A stretch of 64,000 nucleotides of DNA from the human T2T-CHM13v2.0 reference genome, Homo sapiens, in the NCBI RefSeq assembly GCF_009914755.1, contig NC_060931.1. One strand, 5' to 3'. A program made the position numbers and the translations under genes. The notes under the pieces are model-generated. The model saw only the letters and a list, made by a program, of their open reading frames with translations. It did not search any database and was not told the DNA's origin. Shown here piece by piece: positions 14,646 through 28,635 of this stretch; positions within the stretch are counted from its first letter, which is position 1; every line of letters starts with the position of its first letter.

Positions 14646-15652
14646 CTTTTTAGAGTCATGGAGAGAGGGTCTCATTATGTTGCCCAGGCTGGTCTTGAAC
14701 TTGTAGGCTCAAGCAATCCTCCCACCTCAACTTCTTGAGTAGCTGAGACTACAGGCATGCACCACTGCACCTGGTTTCAATATTCGTATTGTCAGTATCT
14801 CATCAGTTTTTGACTATCGCCACCTCTATCTATTTTATAGGGAAAGAAAATCTTTCTTTGCCCTAATATCTAAGTAGCTTAGGCACACCTGAGAACTGGG
14901 AAACCATTCCCAACCATTGCCAGTGGGGAGACGTCCTGCTTCAGTGTGATACAGTTAGCCAGTGTTTATTGAGCCCTTCCCCATGCTCATGTTTGTATTC
15001 ATCTCTGAGGAATGTCTCTATAGTGATCCTATTCTAGAGACATTTCCCCCCTCTTCTGGACAGATTAAACCCGAGAAGAACTTGCTGGTTCCTGTAAGCC
15101 GAGCAGCCTGTTTGTGCTGTGCCCTCATTCTAGGTGCATTCTTTGGCTGGCATATTTGTGGGCACAGAGTATTCACGAACAAGGTTTCAGCAGTTTATAG
15201 TCCCTAGGGGGCGGGGTGAGTCAAAAACATTGACTGTTTCCATTTGCCCTCTGGAGGCAGTGTTTAACCTCCAAGTGGATGTGGTGCCCAGAGGAAACAA
15301 CCTCAACCAGGAACTGGCAGGCACCTGCCTCATCAGGGCATCAGTGTGCACAGGGAGAGAGGGAGTGTGTCAAAAGGTCCAGCCCATTTGGCTGTGGGGA
15401 GAGGCCTTATAATAACACATCAGTAGCATCACTTTACACGTGCCTCTGCAGACACGAGCTGTCCAGCTCCCTGTTCCTCAGGGTGAGGCTGGGGTAGAGC
15501 TGGGAATGACGGACTCTGGGGACTGATGGAGGGCCATACCTTCGAGACCAAGGATGGTGTTCTCTTGCACATGCTTGCCACCTCTTATTGGTCCTCCGAT
15601 TCCTAGGGAATTTTCTTTAGCATTCTTCTCAACTGGGCTCAGTTGTTGAAAG

Positions 15653-15654
<2 letters not shown>

Positions 15655-15693
<39 letters not shown>
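15655..15693. repeat. (CA)19 microsatellite
   Basis: Direct reading. Confidence 0.95.
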
Positions 15694-15698
<5 letters not shown>

Positions 15699-16265
15699 TT
15701 TTAATCCTGTGCTTCACATGCTGTGAAGCTAAAGAAGAGTGCAAGAGGAAGGCAGCTTACATCAGATCTGACAGTCTTACTGATCGTTGCTGATAAAAAC
15801 TGGCAAAGGGAAAAGTAATCGGAGCCTCGGGAATTCAATTCACTCCTTTAATCCACTCAGCAGATATTTTATTTTTAAAACACAAGCACAGCCATCAGCA
15901 AAATTGAGAGGCTGTGTGGGACCCCAAGGCACTTTAAACTTTTGAGCCCTCCTAACTCCCACTCCAGCCCTACCTTCAAATAGTCCCTCTTAGCCATTTC
16001 ATCTGCTTGGGTGTATCCTCCTCACCATCCCTTTTCCTTATTCCCTAGAAGCCAATAAAAAAAAAAACTTGCCTGTTGGCATTAATTAAAAAAAGGAAGA
16101 CACTTTATGATCTAGATCATCAGCTAGAGACTTGTGCAGTATATCATCCCTACTTTTTATGATTCTCATATTGTCTTCATGTCTTTCTCATTTGCAGCAA
16201 GTAGATGACACAGTGCTGCCCTCTAGCTGATTATTGGATTATAATGTCTTCTCTATTCCTAAGGC

Positions 16266-16471
16266 TATATATATATCTAAATATATATATATCTAAATAT
16301 ATCTAAATATATCTAAATATATCTAAATATATCTAAATATATCTAAATATATATAAATATATATAAATATATATAAATATATATATAAATATGTATATAA
16401 ATATATATAAATATATATAAATATATATATATAAATATATATATATATAAATATATATATAAATATATATA
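16266..16471. repeat. AT-only tandem array: (ATATATCTAA)n grading into (ATATATATAA)n
   Basis: Direct reading. Confidence 0.92.
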
Positions 16472-17229
16472 TTTTTTTTATCAGCAAAGAGAAGTGGACA
16501 GTTGTTTTTCATGTACGGCTTACCCCAGACAATCAGTAGAGCACCTCTGCTGCTTTATACTCTCTCAGTCCTCCTGAACCAACCTTCCTGGAATAATCTA
16601 CTAATCTAAACCAGAAAACGAACTTAGTTCCACAGCAGATTTCAACTGTACCTCTATATTACAGCAGGTACCCTGTCAGATTTCTTCTATCGAGAAATGA
16701 AAAGATGTACACACGCCCATGTCTGTATGTCTTCCATTTATCAGGCAGGGAGAATTGATTATCTCAATTCTAAAGATATCAGCACATTTGGAGATATGTG
16801 GCTTTTATTCTAGGACCCTGGGATTCACATTTTAGCCTATAACCTTCAAATCTCCACATTCATTTTTCTCCACCCTAAGTGCCTGTGTAGTGATGTAATA
16901 GCACTGTTAACCATAATAGAATGATCAATGATTTTGAAAAACATAGTGTGTACCTTTCTCTTTGGGAGGAGGGTAAAAGCAACTACTGATAAGAAAGTAA
17001 GCCTTAGCCAGCTCCCCACGATCCATCTGCCAGTCAAAGCAGTTAATCTTATATACCCCTTCCCACTCAAGAAAGTTAGTGAACAGTTATTACATGGCTG
17101 CAATAATTATCTGTAAGCGTTATATCTACAGATGTAGACTGCATCTGTCTACAGAGAAGGCGCTGATTTTAAGCCTGCTTTGGCACCTAGTTTTAAGCCT
17201 TTGGCTTTATCAACCATGTACGTAGGTTG

Positions 17230-17890
17230 TCACCCATATAAATAGGTCCTATCCCTCACCATCCTGAGCCTTGATTTTCTTACCTGTCATTTGAGATAGT
17301 TACCTCACAGAATTGCCAGGAAGGTTAAAAGATCTGGAACACGTAAAAGTACTTTATCAAACCCTACATGCTTATTAATTGTAAGAAACTGCCCTGTGTC
17401 ATTAAAAGAGCATGGGCTTTGGAATGAGACACAGGAACAGATTCCAGACCTGCTTCTCACTAGCTATGTGGCCTTTCACAGGAAGCCTAACTTCCTCGAG
17501 CCTTAGCTATAAAACGGAAGTAATACCAATCTACAGCACCTATATGGGAATTCAATCAGTAATGTGTTTAAAAGAAGGTCAGTGCTACATAGATTTAGGT
17601 TATTGGTGCCATTGTAAGTGGGAAAATAATATGTGTGATGCTTTAGTGAGTTGTGAGAGAGCATCCAAATGCCTAAGCACCTGGAGCACACTGCCTGGGC
17701 CTGATCCCTGACACTGCCATTTACTAACATTGTGGTGTCACATTTTTTGTAATTGCCTGTTTACTTCTCTCACTCACAAGTCTGAATTCCTTGAGTATGG
17801 AGAGATTGTCTTCTCACTGTGTGTGCAGCTCCTAGTGGAGTATCCAACATGTAGTAGAGAGAGAAAATGTGTTGAATGAATAAATGTGTG
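17230..17890. mobile_element. Cluster of MIR fragments and an L2 3' end
   Basis: ctgagccttgattttcttacctgt; aagagcatgggctttggaatgagac; gttgaatgaataaatg. Confidence 0.6.
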
Positions 17891-18138
17891 ATTTTTATCA
17901 TCTTCCATACATTTTATACTATGGTACCTCTTAGATATCATTTACATTTATAATAATAACTATGAATTGGAATGGGTAGGGCAGTGGCCAATTAATGTAG
18001 CTCATAGGAGATCCAGATGCTTCATTCTGCATCTCTAGGCTTCTTGATGCCTCTTGGGCCCTACTTGATAGGTTCTTATCTAAAGCCATAAATGCAATAG
18101 AGAAACAGAACACTTTAAAAAATATTACCTCCACTAAA

Positions 18139-18474
<336 letters not shown>

Positions 18475-18645
18475 TTACCTCTACTTAACCTCCCTGGATG
18501 ATTGTCTTAGTGTCACATATATATATATATATATATATATATACACGTATATATATATATATATATATACACGTATATATATATATATATATACACGTAT
18601 ATATATATTTTACCTCTACTTAACCTCCCTGGATGATTGTCTTAG

Positions 18646-19851
18646 TGTCACAGGATCCTTCGGGTGTCACTTCACCAGCCAGAACCCTCTGTGGCTGGCG
18701 GCGCCTCTGCTTGAGTTTCACTCATGCCCGTTGGGCTTGTTCTGTCCCCTTGGGCTGCCAGGCTGTGCTGCTCGGCTCATGCTACAGACCCAGACCCATG
18801 CCCACTGAGGGCAAGCCAGGCATGGAGCAGCGAGGGGTGTGTGCGCCACTAAGCATGGGGTCCAGCCAGTGCACACAGCCAGACACCCCAGCTGCTGCGG
18901 CAGGGCAGGCAGCTCCAGGCTCCGTGCAAGCCTACAGCTGGACTAGGCATACCACAAGCAGCTTCTCTTGTGGGTGCCAGCATCTGGATGAGGGGAATGT
19001 GGTGACATCTGAAAACTCGGAGATGCCAGCAACCACAGAGCCCCAAGGGGTGGGTGTGGAGGCGCTCTGCAGCTCTCTCATTTCCACCACCCACAGCTCG
19101 GCGGATCGGGCGTGGGGGGAGGCATGTCTTTGCCTCATTCAGTCCCACCGCCTCACTCTGGCGTACAGCTCCCAGGCTGCCCTGGCCCCATTGCTGCTTC
19201 CCGTCACATGGGGTAGCCGCCCAACACCAGCGGAGGGCAGGAGGGCTATAGTGCTACAGCTCTGGCTTGGGGAATCCTGAGGTCTGGGCCCACAGAAGCG
19301 TCACCAGTGTTCACTGCCACAGTCTGATGAACAGGAGCATGTCATCGTCCGCAGCTCAAGGAGCTGGCCAGGAAAGTGTTACAGCCCTTTTCGCACCCAC
19401 CATTCGGTGTGTTCTGAATTCTTGTCCAGCATCCAGGAAGAATGAGTTTCCACAAACAACTGGAGGGTAAGCAAGGCAGGGAAGAGTTTTATTGAGCCAC
19501 AGAACAGCTCTCAGCAGAGAGGAGACCCAAAGTGGGTAGCTACTACCTGCAGACGGGCAGTCGTACCATGTGGTTGAGTCTGGGGGTTTTTATGGACTCA
19601 AAAATGGAGGAAGTGTGTGCTGATTGGTTCATGGTTGGGAGGAAGTGTGTGCTGATTGGTCCATGGGTGGACCTGGAAAAAGCACCACTTGACTGACCCA
19701 AAGGCATTAAGGAAGTTCTCACTGTGGGTAGTGGATTCTCCCGGAGACTGACAGCCTGGTTTTCAGGCTTCCTGCTGTATTTGGCTTGAAGGTCAGGTAT
19801 CACCAGGGACCTGCCTCTTCTTGCCTAGGAATTTGCCTCCTGCTGCTATCA
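18646..19851 (-). mobile_element. ERV1 solo LTR, MER52-family (MER52C-like), about 1.2 kb
   Basis: TG...CA ends (tgtcacaggatcc...ctgctgctatca), flanks ttag/ttaa. Minus-strand AATAAA at 19488-19493, CCAAT boxes, GC-rich U5. Confidence 0.8.
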
Positions 19852-22473
19852 TTAATAACCTACGACTAAACAGACATAATTTTATTGGAAACTTCTTGAG
19901 GATGGAGACCTGGTATGCGCAGGTGCTCATCAAATGTTGATTCGGAAATGGGATGGTGTTCTGTTCAGTTCACAAACATCAGAGTCTTCCTGTACTTTTA
20001 CCCCATGGCGGTTAATCCAAAACCTATAGAATTAAATTATTTTCAAATTAGTCAAATCAATGTTACAGTCTTAGGTACCTCTATGCTTCATCTGTTCTGA
20101 ACAGCAAGTGGCATCTTGTTGCAGCTTGCTATCCAGTCCCAAGATGCATTTCAAATTCCAGGCGCCTGTTCTGTGACAGCCTTCCACCCTGGCAGGTCTC
20201 TTTGTTGCCATCTTTTGTAGCATCCTCTGGGTATTTGACTCTTCTCCCCTGCCTCAAAACTTTGCAGAACCCCACCCAGTGGCACCAATTTGTTCTTCAA
20301 AAACCTTATTCTACTTGTCTCGTTGTTTCTCTTTTCGGTTGAGTTAAATCTACAACCACTGCTTGTGCATCTTCATTTTTCCAAGCAGCCATTAGAGGCA
20401 AATGGCACCACAGCTCCTGCTACATTTCAAGCTTATGTCCCAGAGGTGGCAAGACAGAACATCAATCTTCAGTGCCACCTGGCTCTCTGATAAGCTTTTG
20501 TTTCATGTGTGGCTATGTTGTCAGGAGCTTCACGCCCTCTCTTCCCACTACCTCACCCAGAGAGCTTTTCTGAATATGACAACCATCTAAAGACGAATTA
20601 TCTCCTTGCAAAGTTAATTTCTGTTTCTCAGCAGGGAGCCACTGGTTCCCGCTGGGCTTGAAAGTACTGCTGTTTGTTAATGGATGAGTGTCTCTTGGAT
20701 CCTGGTACCCACACTGGAACTGCTGCAGCGCCTGGCTTTCCATTTGCTTTAATTTCCTACTTGCAGCTGGTGTTAGGAGACCTAAATGGGTTTATTCACG
20801 GAATAGTGGTTTACAGTCATTAGCACTGGGAGGAAATCATATTGAAGACAAGGACTAGAGAGCTGCTTTCATGCCATCCTTGAACACTTAGGACAGTTTG
20901 GTTGGTTGGTTGATTGGTTTTGGCTTTTTTAGAGAGCAAATTCACAAAATCCTTCTAGAGATAGAACAAAAGGCCTAACATAAAAGGTTTATTTCTGACT
21001 TTTAAGAGTTAGAAAAAAACAGTATTTTTTTAATGTCTTCAATGTACAGAATGGTGAAGATAAAATAAGATGCTGGTTGAAAATTGCTCTGAGCACTTTT
21101 AAGTGTAATAGTCGATGTTGCTATTGTTTGGTATGCCAAAGCTCTTTAAAGTGCAGGAAATTTCGTTACAAAGATTTGTGCTGTCTTCTATAAAGCAGAG
21201 CCAGCTGTAGACTAGAAAACTCCAACCCGTAGAACATCTGGAATGTTTGTTTCTATTCATTATGAAATTGCCACTTTTGTAGGTCAAACAAGGTCAAATG
21301 TTGGCAATTTCCTACTATTCAACCTATGCAGTTTTGTTTTTAGATAGAATTCTGAAGGCCAAGAGAGCACCATAGGTATGTTTCCTGCCTCTGAAAAAAA
21401 TCCAAAGCCTGTAGGCCAATGCCTGTTTGTCCTTGAGAGGAGCCCAATTCTAAGCTGTTAACTGTGTGAATCTGAAATGTGCCTCAGAATTGCTATGCTA
21501 GGAGAACATCTGGTCACACAGACTGGCTAATGTCGGACAGCTCGCTCTCCCTTTCTCCGCCTCGTTTTCCACAGCATTTCTACATATTACACTGTCAAGC
21601 TAACAGAGCATGAGAGAACATCAAACTAAAAGTTCTGAGCAAGAAAGTACAAGTGCAAGCAATTCCTCATGCCTAAAAAGTGCCACTGACAATGAAAAAC
21701 TTTACTACTGGTGACTCCAGAGATGGCAGTGTGTGAAAGTGAAGAAAGGACTATGGAAAAGAAAAAGAAATCTTTCCCCCCTTACAGCTGCTTTGTGACT
21801 TTGGGCAAATATTTTCATATCTACTAGTTTTTATTTATTTTAGAGAAATGTTGTTGAATTGAAGAGAATCAAATAGCTAAATATCCCGTATAGAGCCAAC
21901 ACACACAAAACTGCTTAATAGATGTTACTTCTTTTTCCTCTTTACTTTGTTTTCAAACATGGGATTTAAATGCTTTAATTTAAACCTATGAACTAATAAT
22001 AATATTACCCTTTGCAAAGCCCTCTAAAACTTTAAAAGCAATTCCACATACATGCATGATGTCATGATCTACCTAAATCCATTAATATGTATGATCTCAA
22101 CATGTATGTGTTTATTTCTCTATGTATGACTAGAAATAATCCAAGCACTTAAGCCAAACACAGCTGCTTCCTTTCCCCTCACATTCTGAGAGAATTCTTG
22201 CTTTTACTTTGTTACCCTTCACTTTTCTTTATTAAGAATGCCCTTGGACCCATCCAAAGATATCCAAATACTACTGACTCAGCTGCCACCTCCTTAACAA
22301 AACAACCTCATCAGCTGAAAGTAACTAAGCAGTCCTCAAGTCAAAAAGGGAAGAGAGGCATGTGAAGAGAAGATTCCTTCAATGCTGACCTGTGCTTTCA
22401 CAGTCAGCACTAAGTCATAGAAGAGAACCCCAAAGGGTTTTCAGGAAATGAGAAGCTACAATAGGCCCAGAAA

Positions 22474-22764
22474 CAATGGTTCTTAAATTTGGGTGCATGA
22501 GAATTGCCTGTGGACCTTGTTTAAAAATGGAAAAACTACCTATTAGGTACTATGCTAGTTACCTGGGTGGCAAAATAATCTGTACACCAAACCCCTGTGA
22601 CATGCAATTTATCTACATGACAAACCTGCACATGTGCCCCTGAACCTAGAATAAACGTTTAAGAAATAAATACAATTTAAAAACAGAAACAAAAACGGAA
22701 ACTCCTGGGCACCACCCCACAGATTCTGATTCTCTGCATCTGGAGAGGGGATCAGGAATCCACT

Positions 22765-22795
<31 letters not shown>

Positions 22796-23153
22796 GTGAC
22801 AGAGTCTCCCTCTTTCATCCAGGCTGGAGTGCAGTGGCGTGATCTCGGCTCACTGCAACCTCTGCCTTCTGGGTTAAGTGATTCTCCTGCCTCAGCCTCC
22901 CAAGTAGCTGGGGTTACAGGAGCCCGCCACCATGCCTGGCTAATTTTTGTATTTTTAGTAGAGATGGGGTTTCACCATGCTGGCCAGGCTGGTCTCGAAC
23001 TCCTGAACTCAAGTGATTCACCTGTCTGGGCCTCCCAGAATGCTGGGATTATAGGCGTGAGCCACCTCGTCTGGCAAGGAATCCCCAATTTTAACAAGCA
23101 CCCAGGGTGATTCTGTTGAAGGTGTTTCCTGGACCTGCTTTGAGAAACACTGG
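22474..23153. mobile_element. MER5A-like hAT MITE split by a short L1 3' end (about 22535-22690, +) and an AluSx (22766-23075, -)
   Basis: TIRs caatggttcttaaa / tttgagaaacactg. L1 TSD aaaaatggaaa / aaaaacggaaa. Alu TSD aggaatccactg / aggaatccccaa. Confidence 0.8.
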
Positions 23154-23451
23154 TTTAGAGGACAGGTACCTTTCATATCAAGGTAAGGCATGATACAGAA
23201 GGTAAAGTTGGGAATGTCAAAGGGATGCTTTCAGTTTCATGTGAGATCAAGCTGATTTTTCTCTGATGATTACACATAAAAGTCATGAGACAACCTACTT
23301 GGTCAGCAGTTGCTGTGTACCTAGCTTTGGAAGCATTCCCATAAAGCCGTAAGATTTATATCAGCACTGGCTCATATGGTTCATGTCTTTAGTTTTCTTT
23401 CTTTTTTTTTTTTTTTAATTTTATGTGCTTCATTAAAAAGAGCTTTATTCT

Positions 23452-23745
23452 AGGTCGGGCGTGGTGGTTCACGCCTGTAATTCTAGCACTTTGGGAGGCT
23501 GAGGCAGGTGGATCACACCAGGAGTTCAAGACTAGCCTGGCCAACATGGTGAAATCCCATCTCTACTAAAAATACAAAAAAATTAGCCAAGGTGGTGGCG
23601 CATGCCTCCCAGCTACTCAGAAGGCTGAGGCAGGAGAATCGCTTGAACCCAGGAGGCAGAGGTTGCAGTGAGCTGAGATCACACCGTTGCACTCCAGCCT
23701 CAGCTACAGAGCAAGACTTCGTCTCAGGGGGCGGGGAAAAAAAAA
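23452..23745 (+). mobile_element. AluS
   Basis: Alu consensus; TSD aaaagagctttattc / aaaagagcctcattc. Confidence 0.9.
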
Positions 23746-24489
23746 GAGCCTCATTCCCAGAGGCTTCATTAATTAAGGCATTTATTTTGGGGTTTGATTG
23801 ATTGATTGACTGACTAAAGTACTAGTTACAACAGAAAGGATGGCCTTTAGTTAAACAAAATCATTGCTTTCCTGCTATGAAACTGATGGCTGTTGCTAAG
23901 GTTTTTAGGATGTCTACAAGAAGTCAAATTTGCTCTTTAAGCTATAGATACATATATACTATATACATATACATGCATACATACATATTTCTTTTTAAAA
24001 ACTGAGGTAGTTATTATGTAGGGAAAGCATTTTTCTAAAATTTTTTTGTTATGTTTACATTTGGCAATGTGACAGATTTATGTCAACAGTGAGAAATTAT
24101 ACCAGAGCAAATATATGTGAGTAAAACTATTTGAAAATTAACATCTAAAGTATAGTTATCAGTGTGAGAATCTCTGAGTTGTCACACAGATCCATTAATC
24201 AGAATTATTAGGGTTCATATGTAAGTGTACTATTTGTTTTCATGGGTAAAAGCTATAATGATAACTATAAAATAATAATAAACATTGCTGAAGTTATAAT
24301 ATCTTTGGGTAATTAAATATATTCTTTATCAATGAATATTGAACATACAGGTGCCATCATGGGGAGATCTGCACAATTTTTTTCTTTAAAAAGAAATCAG
24401 TGGAGCATAATAGAAAATCAAAACCAGACCAACCTCTGGCTATCAACACTGCCATTGCAGGGCTATGGGGGAAGGGTAGTCCTTCCATA

Positions 24490-24958
24490 CTGGTGCTGGA
24501 TCACCTAGATATCCAAATGAATTTTAAAAATTTGGAAAGATAAAATAGGAGAATATCTTTATGACTTGCAATTAGGCAAAGATACAATGGAATATTATAA
24601 CAATGAAAAATAATACACTCTGACTAAATGCCACAATGTGGAAAAATCTCCTAGATGTAATAATAAACCAAAAAACATCGAGACACAGTAACCATATACT
24701 GTGGTATTTCATTATATAAAGTTCAAAAACAGGTCAAAGGAATCACAGGGATAGAAGTCAGAGCAGGGATTACCTTTGGACAGGGATAGTGACTGGCAGA
24801 GTCCAGCAAGAGAGGCTTCTGGAGTGCTGGCAGTGTTCTCTATCTTGATTTAGGTGGTGGTTATATGGGTGATTTCACTTTGTAAAAGTTTATTGTGCTC
24901 TGTACTTACAATTTATGCACTTTGCACTTTTCTGTTTATATATTTTCTTTCACTTAAA
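24490..24958 (+). mobile_element. Old L1M (L1ME-like) 3' fragment
   Basis: ataggagaatatctttatgac; ggcttctggagtgctggcagtgttctctatcttgatttaggtggtggttatatggg. Confidence 0.7.
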
Positions 24959-26776
24959 CATATTGCCAAGAAAATCAAGGCTGTATTAGAGGATGCTATC
25001 TAGTTTGGAATGGCTTTCTTGCTTAGAAAAACTTCCTGCTTTGCAGCTCTGCACTGGTGACTGACAGTTGTGACATTCAGCAGTTCTATTACAATCTACT
25101 GACCAAATAGAGCTTTGAGCAAACAGATTTCACAAAAGGCAGTGGGTGGCCATTGAGTTGTTTGTTTTCTGCTTGTATCTGCTTAGGGTGGTATTAGCAG
25201 CAGTAATAGGTATATCTTCTGATGTTGATTCTGGAATTTGTTATTTGTTGACTTATTCTCATCATCATCATCAGTTCTTCTTTTGTTGATTGCTGACCAT
25301 GTCTCTGCTGTAATCTCTGATGGCTAATTTGCATAAATAACCGTGCTAAAATAAAATAGTACAGAGCTTTGTGTGTCCACTGTAGTTTTTGTCTACAGGT
25401 TCTGAAACTTGATTTGACTAGGCCCACTTGTTTGTATGTGGAAATTGATGTTAATGAATGTCTGGATAGCATTTTACTTAATGCCTTTGTGTGTATCATG
25501 TGTACAACAACTCTGTGAGATAGGTTATTTCTTCTATTTGGTAGAGAGGAAAATTATATGACTTAGTTAATATAGCACAGCTAGCAAGTGGTAGCCCAGG
25601 ATCTAATATCCAGATCTTGACTAACTCTGATTTTGTGTTCTTCTCACTCTACTACACCTCCTCTTTTGGATCAGGAAGGCTTTCAGGGAGTCTCATTAAT
25701 TTACAAAAAGCTGGTAGAAATTATTAGATGTTTTCACTAGCCCTCAAACTTTTCCTATATCTGTTAGTATTTAATAACTTACAAATTATCATTCCATGGC
25801 ATATTGGTAAGCAGTAAATTGCCAAATCCTTTCCTTCTGACTTTTACGACATTTACATTCAAATTAGGGAAAGCAGGGAGATTTGGTGACTATAGATAAT
25901 TATGGAACAAGAGTTAGATCTTCTGTCACTAAAACTTTGGATTTTGTGAGTATATGTGCCAGAAAGGGAAACAAGCATTGTCATGTGCGGTTCATCTGGA
26001 TTTAGCAGTCTTTAATGGTAAGAAGTGAAAAAATGCAGTAGTGAGGCCAGATATCAGATTCCTCAGAGCAGGAGTCTGAGGGCTGAAACTCCAGGCATGG
26101 ACACCTTTGTCCCCATGAGCCCTGATAACACTTGATAAATTTCATGGGATAGGGATGTTATCTTAACTAATTTTATTTGCCCAATCAGATTTAAGGTGGT
26201 TTCTAAGATTTTTAGTTTTACTGATTTTCTTACTTACTAAACTACCTGTTAGGAATTGGGATTTTATTTAGGAAATCCTTGTCTGAAAAATGAAAAGTGA
26301 AGGATTATTATACATGTAATTTAAAAGATATTTACTGTTTTATATTACTTTTTTCTTTTTCTTATATAAATTTCATGGGACAGGGATGTTATCTTTCTCT
26401 AATTTTATCAGATTTAAGGTGGATTCTAAGATTTTTATTTTACTGATTTTCATTTCCTTAAAAAAAACCACTGTGTATCAGTAGAAATGAAGAATAAGAA
26501 ATTCATTGGCAGTGCATTGAAACAAACAGATGAATACATAAATATAGTTTGTTTATAATGAAAACCTCCAGGGTCCTCTCAAGTATTTTACCTAGAAATG
26601 ACATATAAATTCAGCGTATGCCAACAGTTCTTTTAAATCATGGTAATATTCTGAACATACAATTATACTACATTATTTTCCCATCTCTAGAATTTTTGTG
26701 GTTATTTTTATTTATTCCTCCGTAGAAACACTTGTATCTTAGTTGCTCTTTTAAGATATCTCTACTAATGATCAGT

Positions 26777-27158
26777 TGTGTTAGTCTGTTCTCACACTGC
26801 TATAAAGGACTACCTAAGTCTAGATAATTTGTGAAGAAATGAGGTTTAATTGACTCACAGTTCCATAGGCTGTACAGGAAGCATGTCTGGGAGGCCTCAG
26901 GAAACTTACAACCATGACAGAAGGCGAAGGGGAAGCAGGCACATCTTACCATTGCAGAGCAGGAGAGAGAGAGCAAAGAGGGAAGTGCTACCACTTTTAA
27001 ACAACCAGATCTTGTGAGAACTCACTAACTATCACGAGAACATCAAGGGGGAAATCCACCTGCATGATCCAATCACCTCTCACCAAGCCCCTCTTCCAAC
27101 ACTGAAGATCGTAATTCAATATGAAATTTGAGTAGGGACACAGAGCCAAATCATATCA
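26777..27158 (-). mobile_element. MaLR solo LTR (THE1D/MST-like), 382 bp
   Basis: tgtgttagtctgttctcacactgctataaag...gacacagagccaaatcatatca; 5-bp TSD tcagt/tcaat. Confidence 0.88.
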
Positions 27159-28369
27159 TCAATCATTGTGAACTTGGAGACATCTGTTTTGCTATGCATA
27201 TTTTCTTAATAAAGATTATAGTCATTTATCAATATTTTCTCAGAGAAATTACCTTCTTTCAACTAATATTTATGAAGGGGGACATATAATAACTCTGGGA
27301 CTGACAGCTAACATTTATGATGGGAAACTATTAATAACTAACAATTACTAATAGTAGGCACATTACTATTGAGTAACATGCTTTTCATATATATATAATC
27401 TCATTTAATCTTTGCAACAATACTATACTACAAATACTTTAAATATGAGATTAAGGGAAATCGAGCGACTTCTCAAGTCACAGAATGAGTCACTGACAGG
27501 TGGAGGTGCATCCCAGCTCTTCTGTCCCTACTACACACTGCATGGCTCAGCTACTTGGCTTACTCGGTACCAGACATTGACTAGATGCTCAGGATGCCCT
27601 GGGCCTTGTGTGTCTCAAGGCCTAGTTGGTATGAGATGTTTGGGGGCAGGGAACTAAGGAATAGGGGCACAGGTGTGCTCTTCACTACAGCTGTGGAATA
27701 TGGGGGAGGTAGCAAGAGATAATGTAGCTAGAGAGGCTCTACTGGTGAGGCTGCTGTCCTGTTTTGGATAAGGGGTAGCTAGTCATTGTAGGCTGGGCAA
27801 TGGGATTGGTTAATTTGAGGCATTGCCACTTTCTTCTTCCACTAAATCTCAGCTCTAACAAGTACCTTTTAATTTATTTATCTACTTTCCTTCTTCCAAA
27901 GTAAACTCATTTTGATTCATCGCTGGATCCAAGAGCCTATGTGCTCTAAAGCTTTGAGTTTTGAAAAAAAGTGCCAGCTTTACTGAGATAATAAAAATAA
28001 AAATTACTTATATATAAGGTGTACAATGTGCCAACTTGATCTATGCATCCATTGTGAAGTGATGCTGACAATCAAGCTAACTAACACATCCCATTTAAAA
28101 CCTTATTTGGAGAGCTTTATAAGAGTTGTGCAGCTTTCTCTCCTGAAGAGAGAAATGCGCATGCCCTCTCTCCTGAAATGGATTCTGTCCATCGTCGTCT
28201 TTGCTGAGAGGATCACTTGCAAGTCCCTTCAGGAGATTTGAAAACTTTTGGCTCTGCTGTGCCCTGTGATCTCTCCACTCATGCCAGTCAAACTCAACCA
28301 CTGGAGCCTGTATGGAAACTAGTGCTCCTCAGTCCAGGCATTCCCAGGCCAAGGATCTACTATGAGTAA

Positions 28370-28635
28370 ATGAGCCAGTGGGCTCTGCAGCCAGATTGTC
28401 AGGGTTCAAGCCCTGGCCCTCCCATTCACTAGCTGTATGGCATTAGGCACATTATTTATCTTCCCTGTGCCTCAGTTTTCTCTTTTGCAAAATGGCAGTA
28501 ATAGTACCTTCTTCACAGGATTGTTGCAAGGATTAAATAAATTAGTATGTAAATTTGTAACTTGCATATTACTATGAACACTTTTAAACACAGTAGTCAG
28601 TACTCAGTAAATGTTCAAGTTTGTTCTCATTACCA
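28370..28635 (+). mobile_element. MIR
   Basis: Core ctgtgcctcagttttctcttttgcaaaatggcagtaatagtacct. Confidence 0.75.

Noticed and set aside
18633-19280. 215-aa ORF
   Set aside because: It lies within the GC-rich solo LTR, has no splice context or recognisable domain, and long chance ORFs are expected at this composition.
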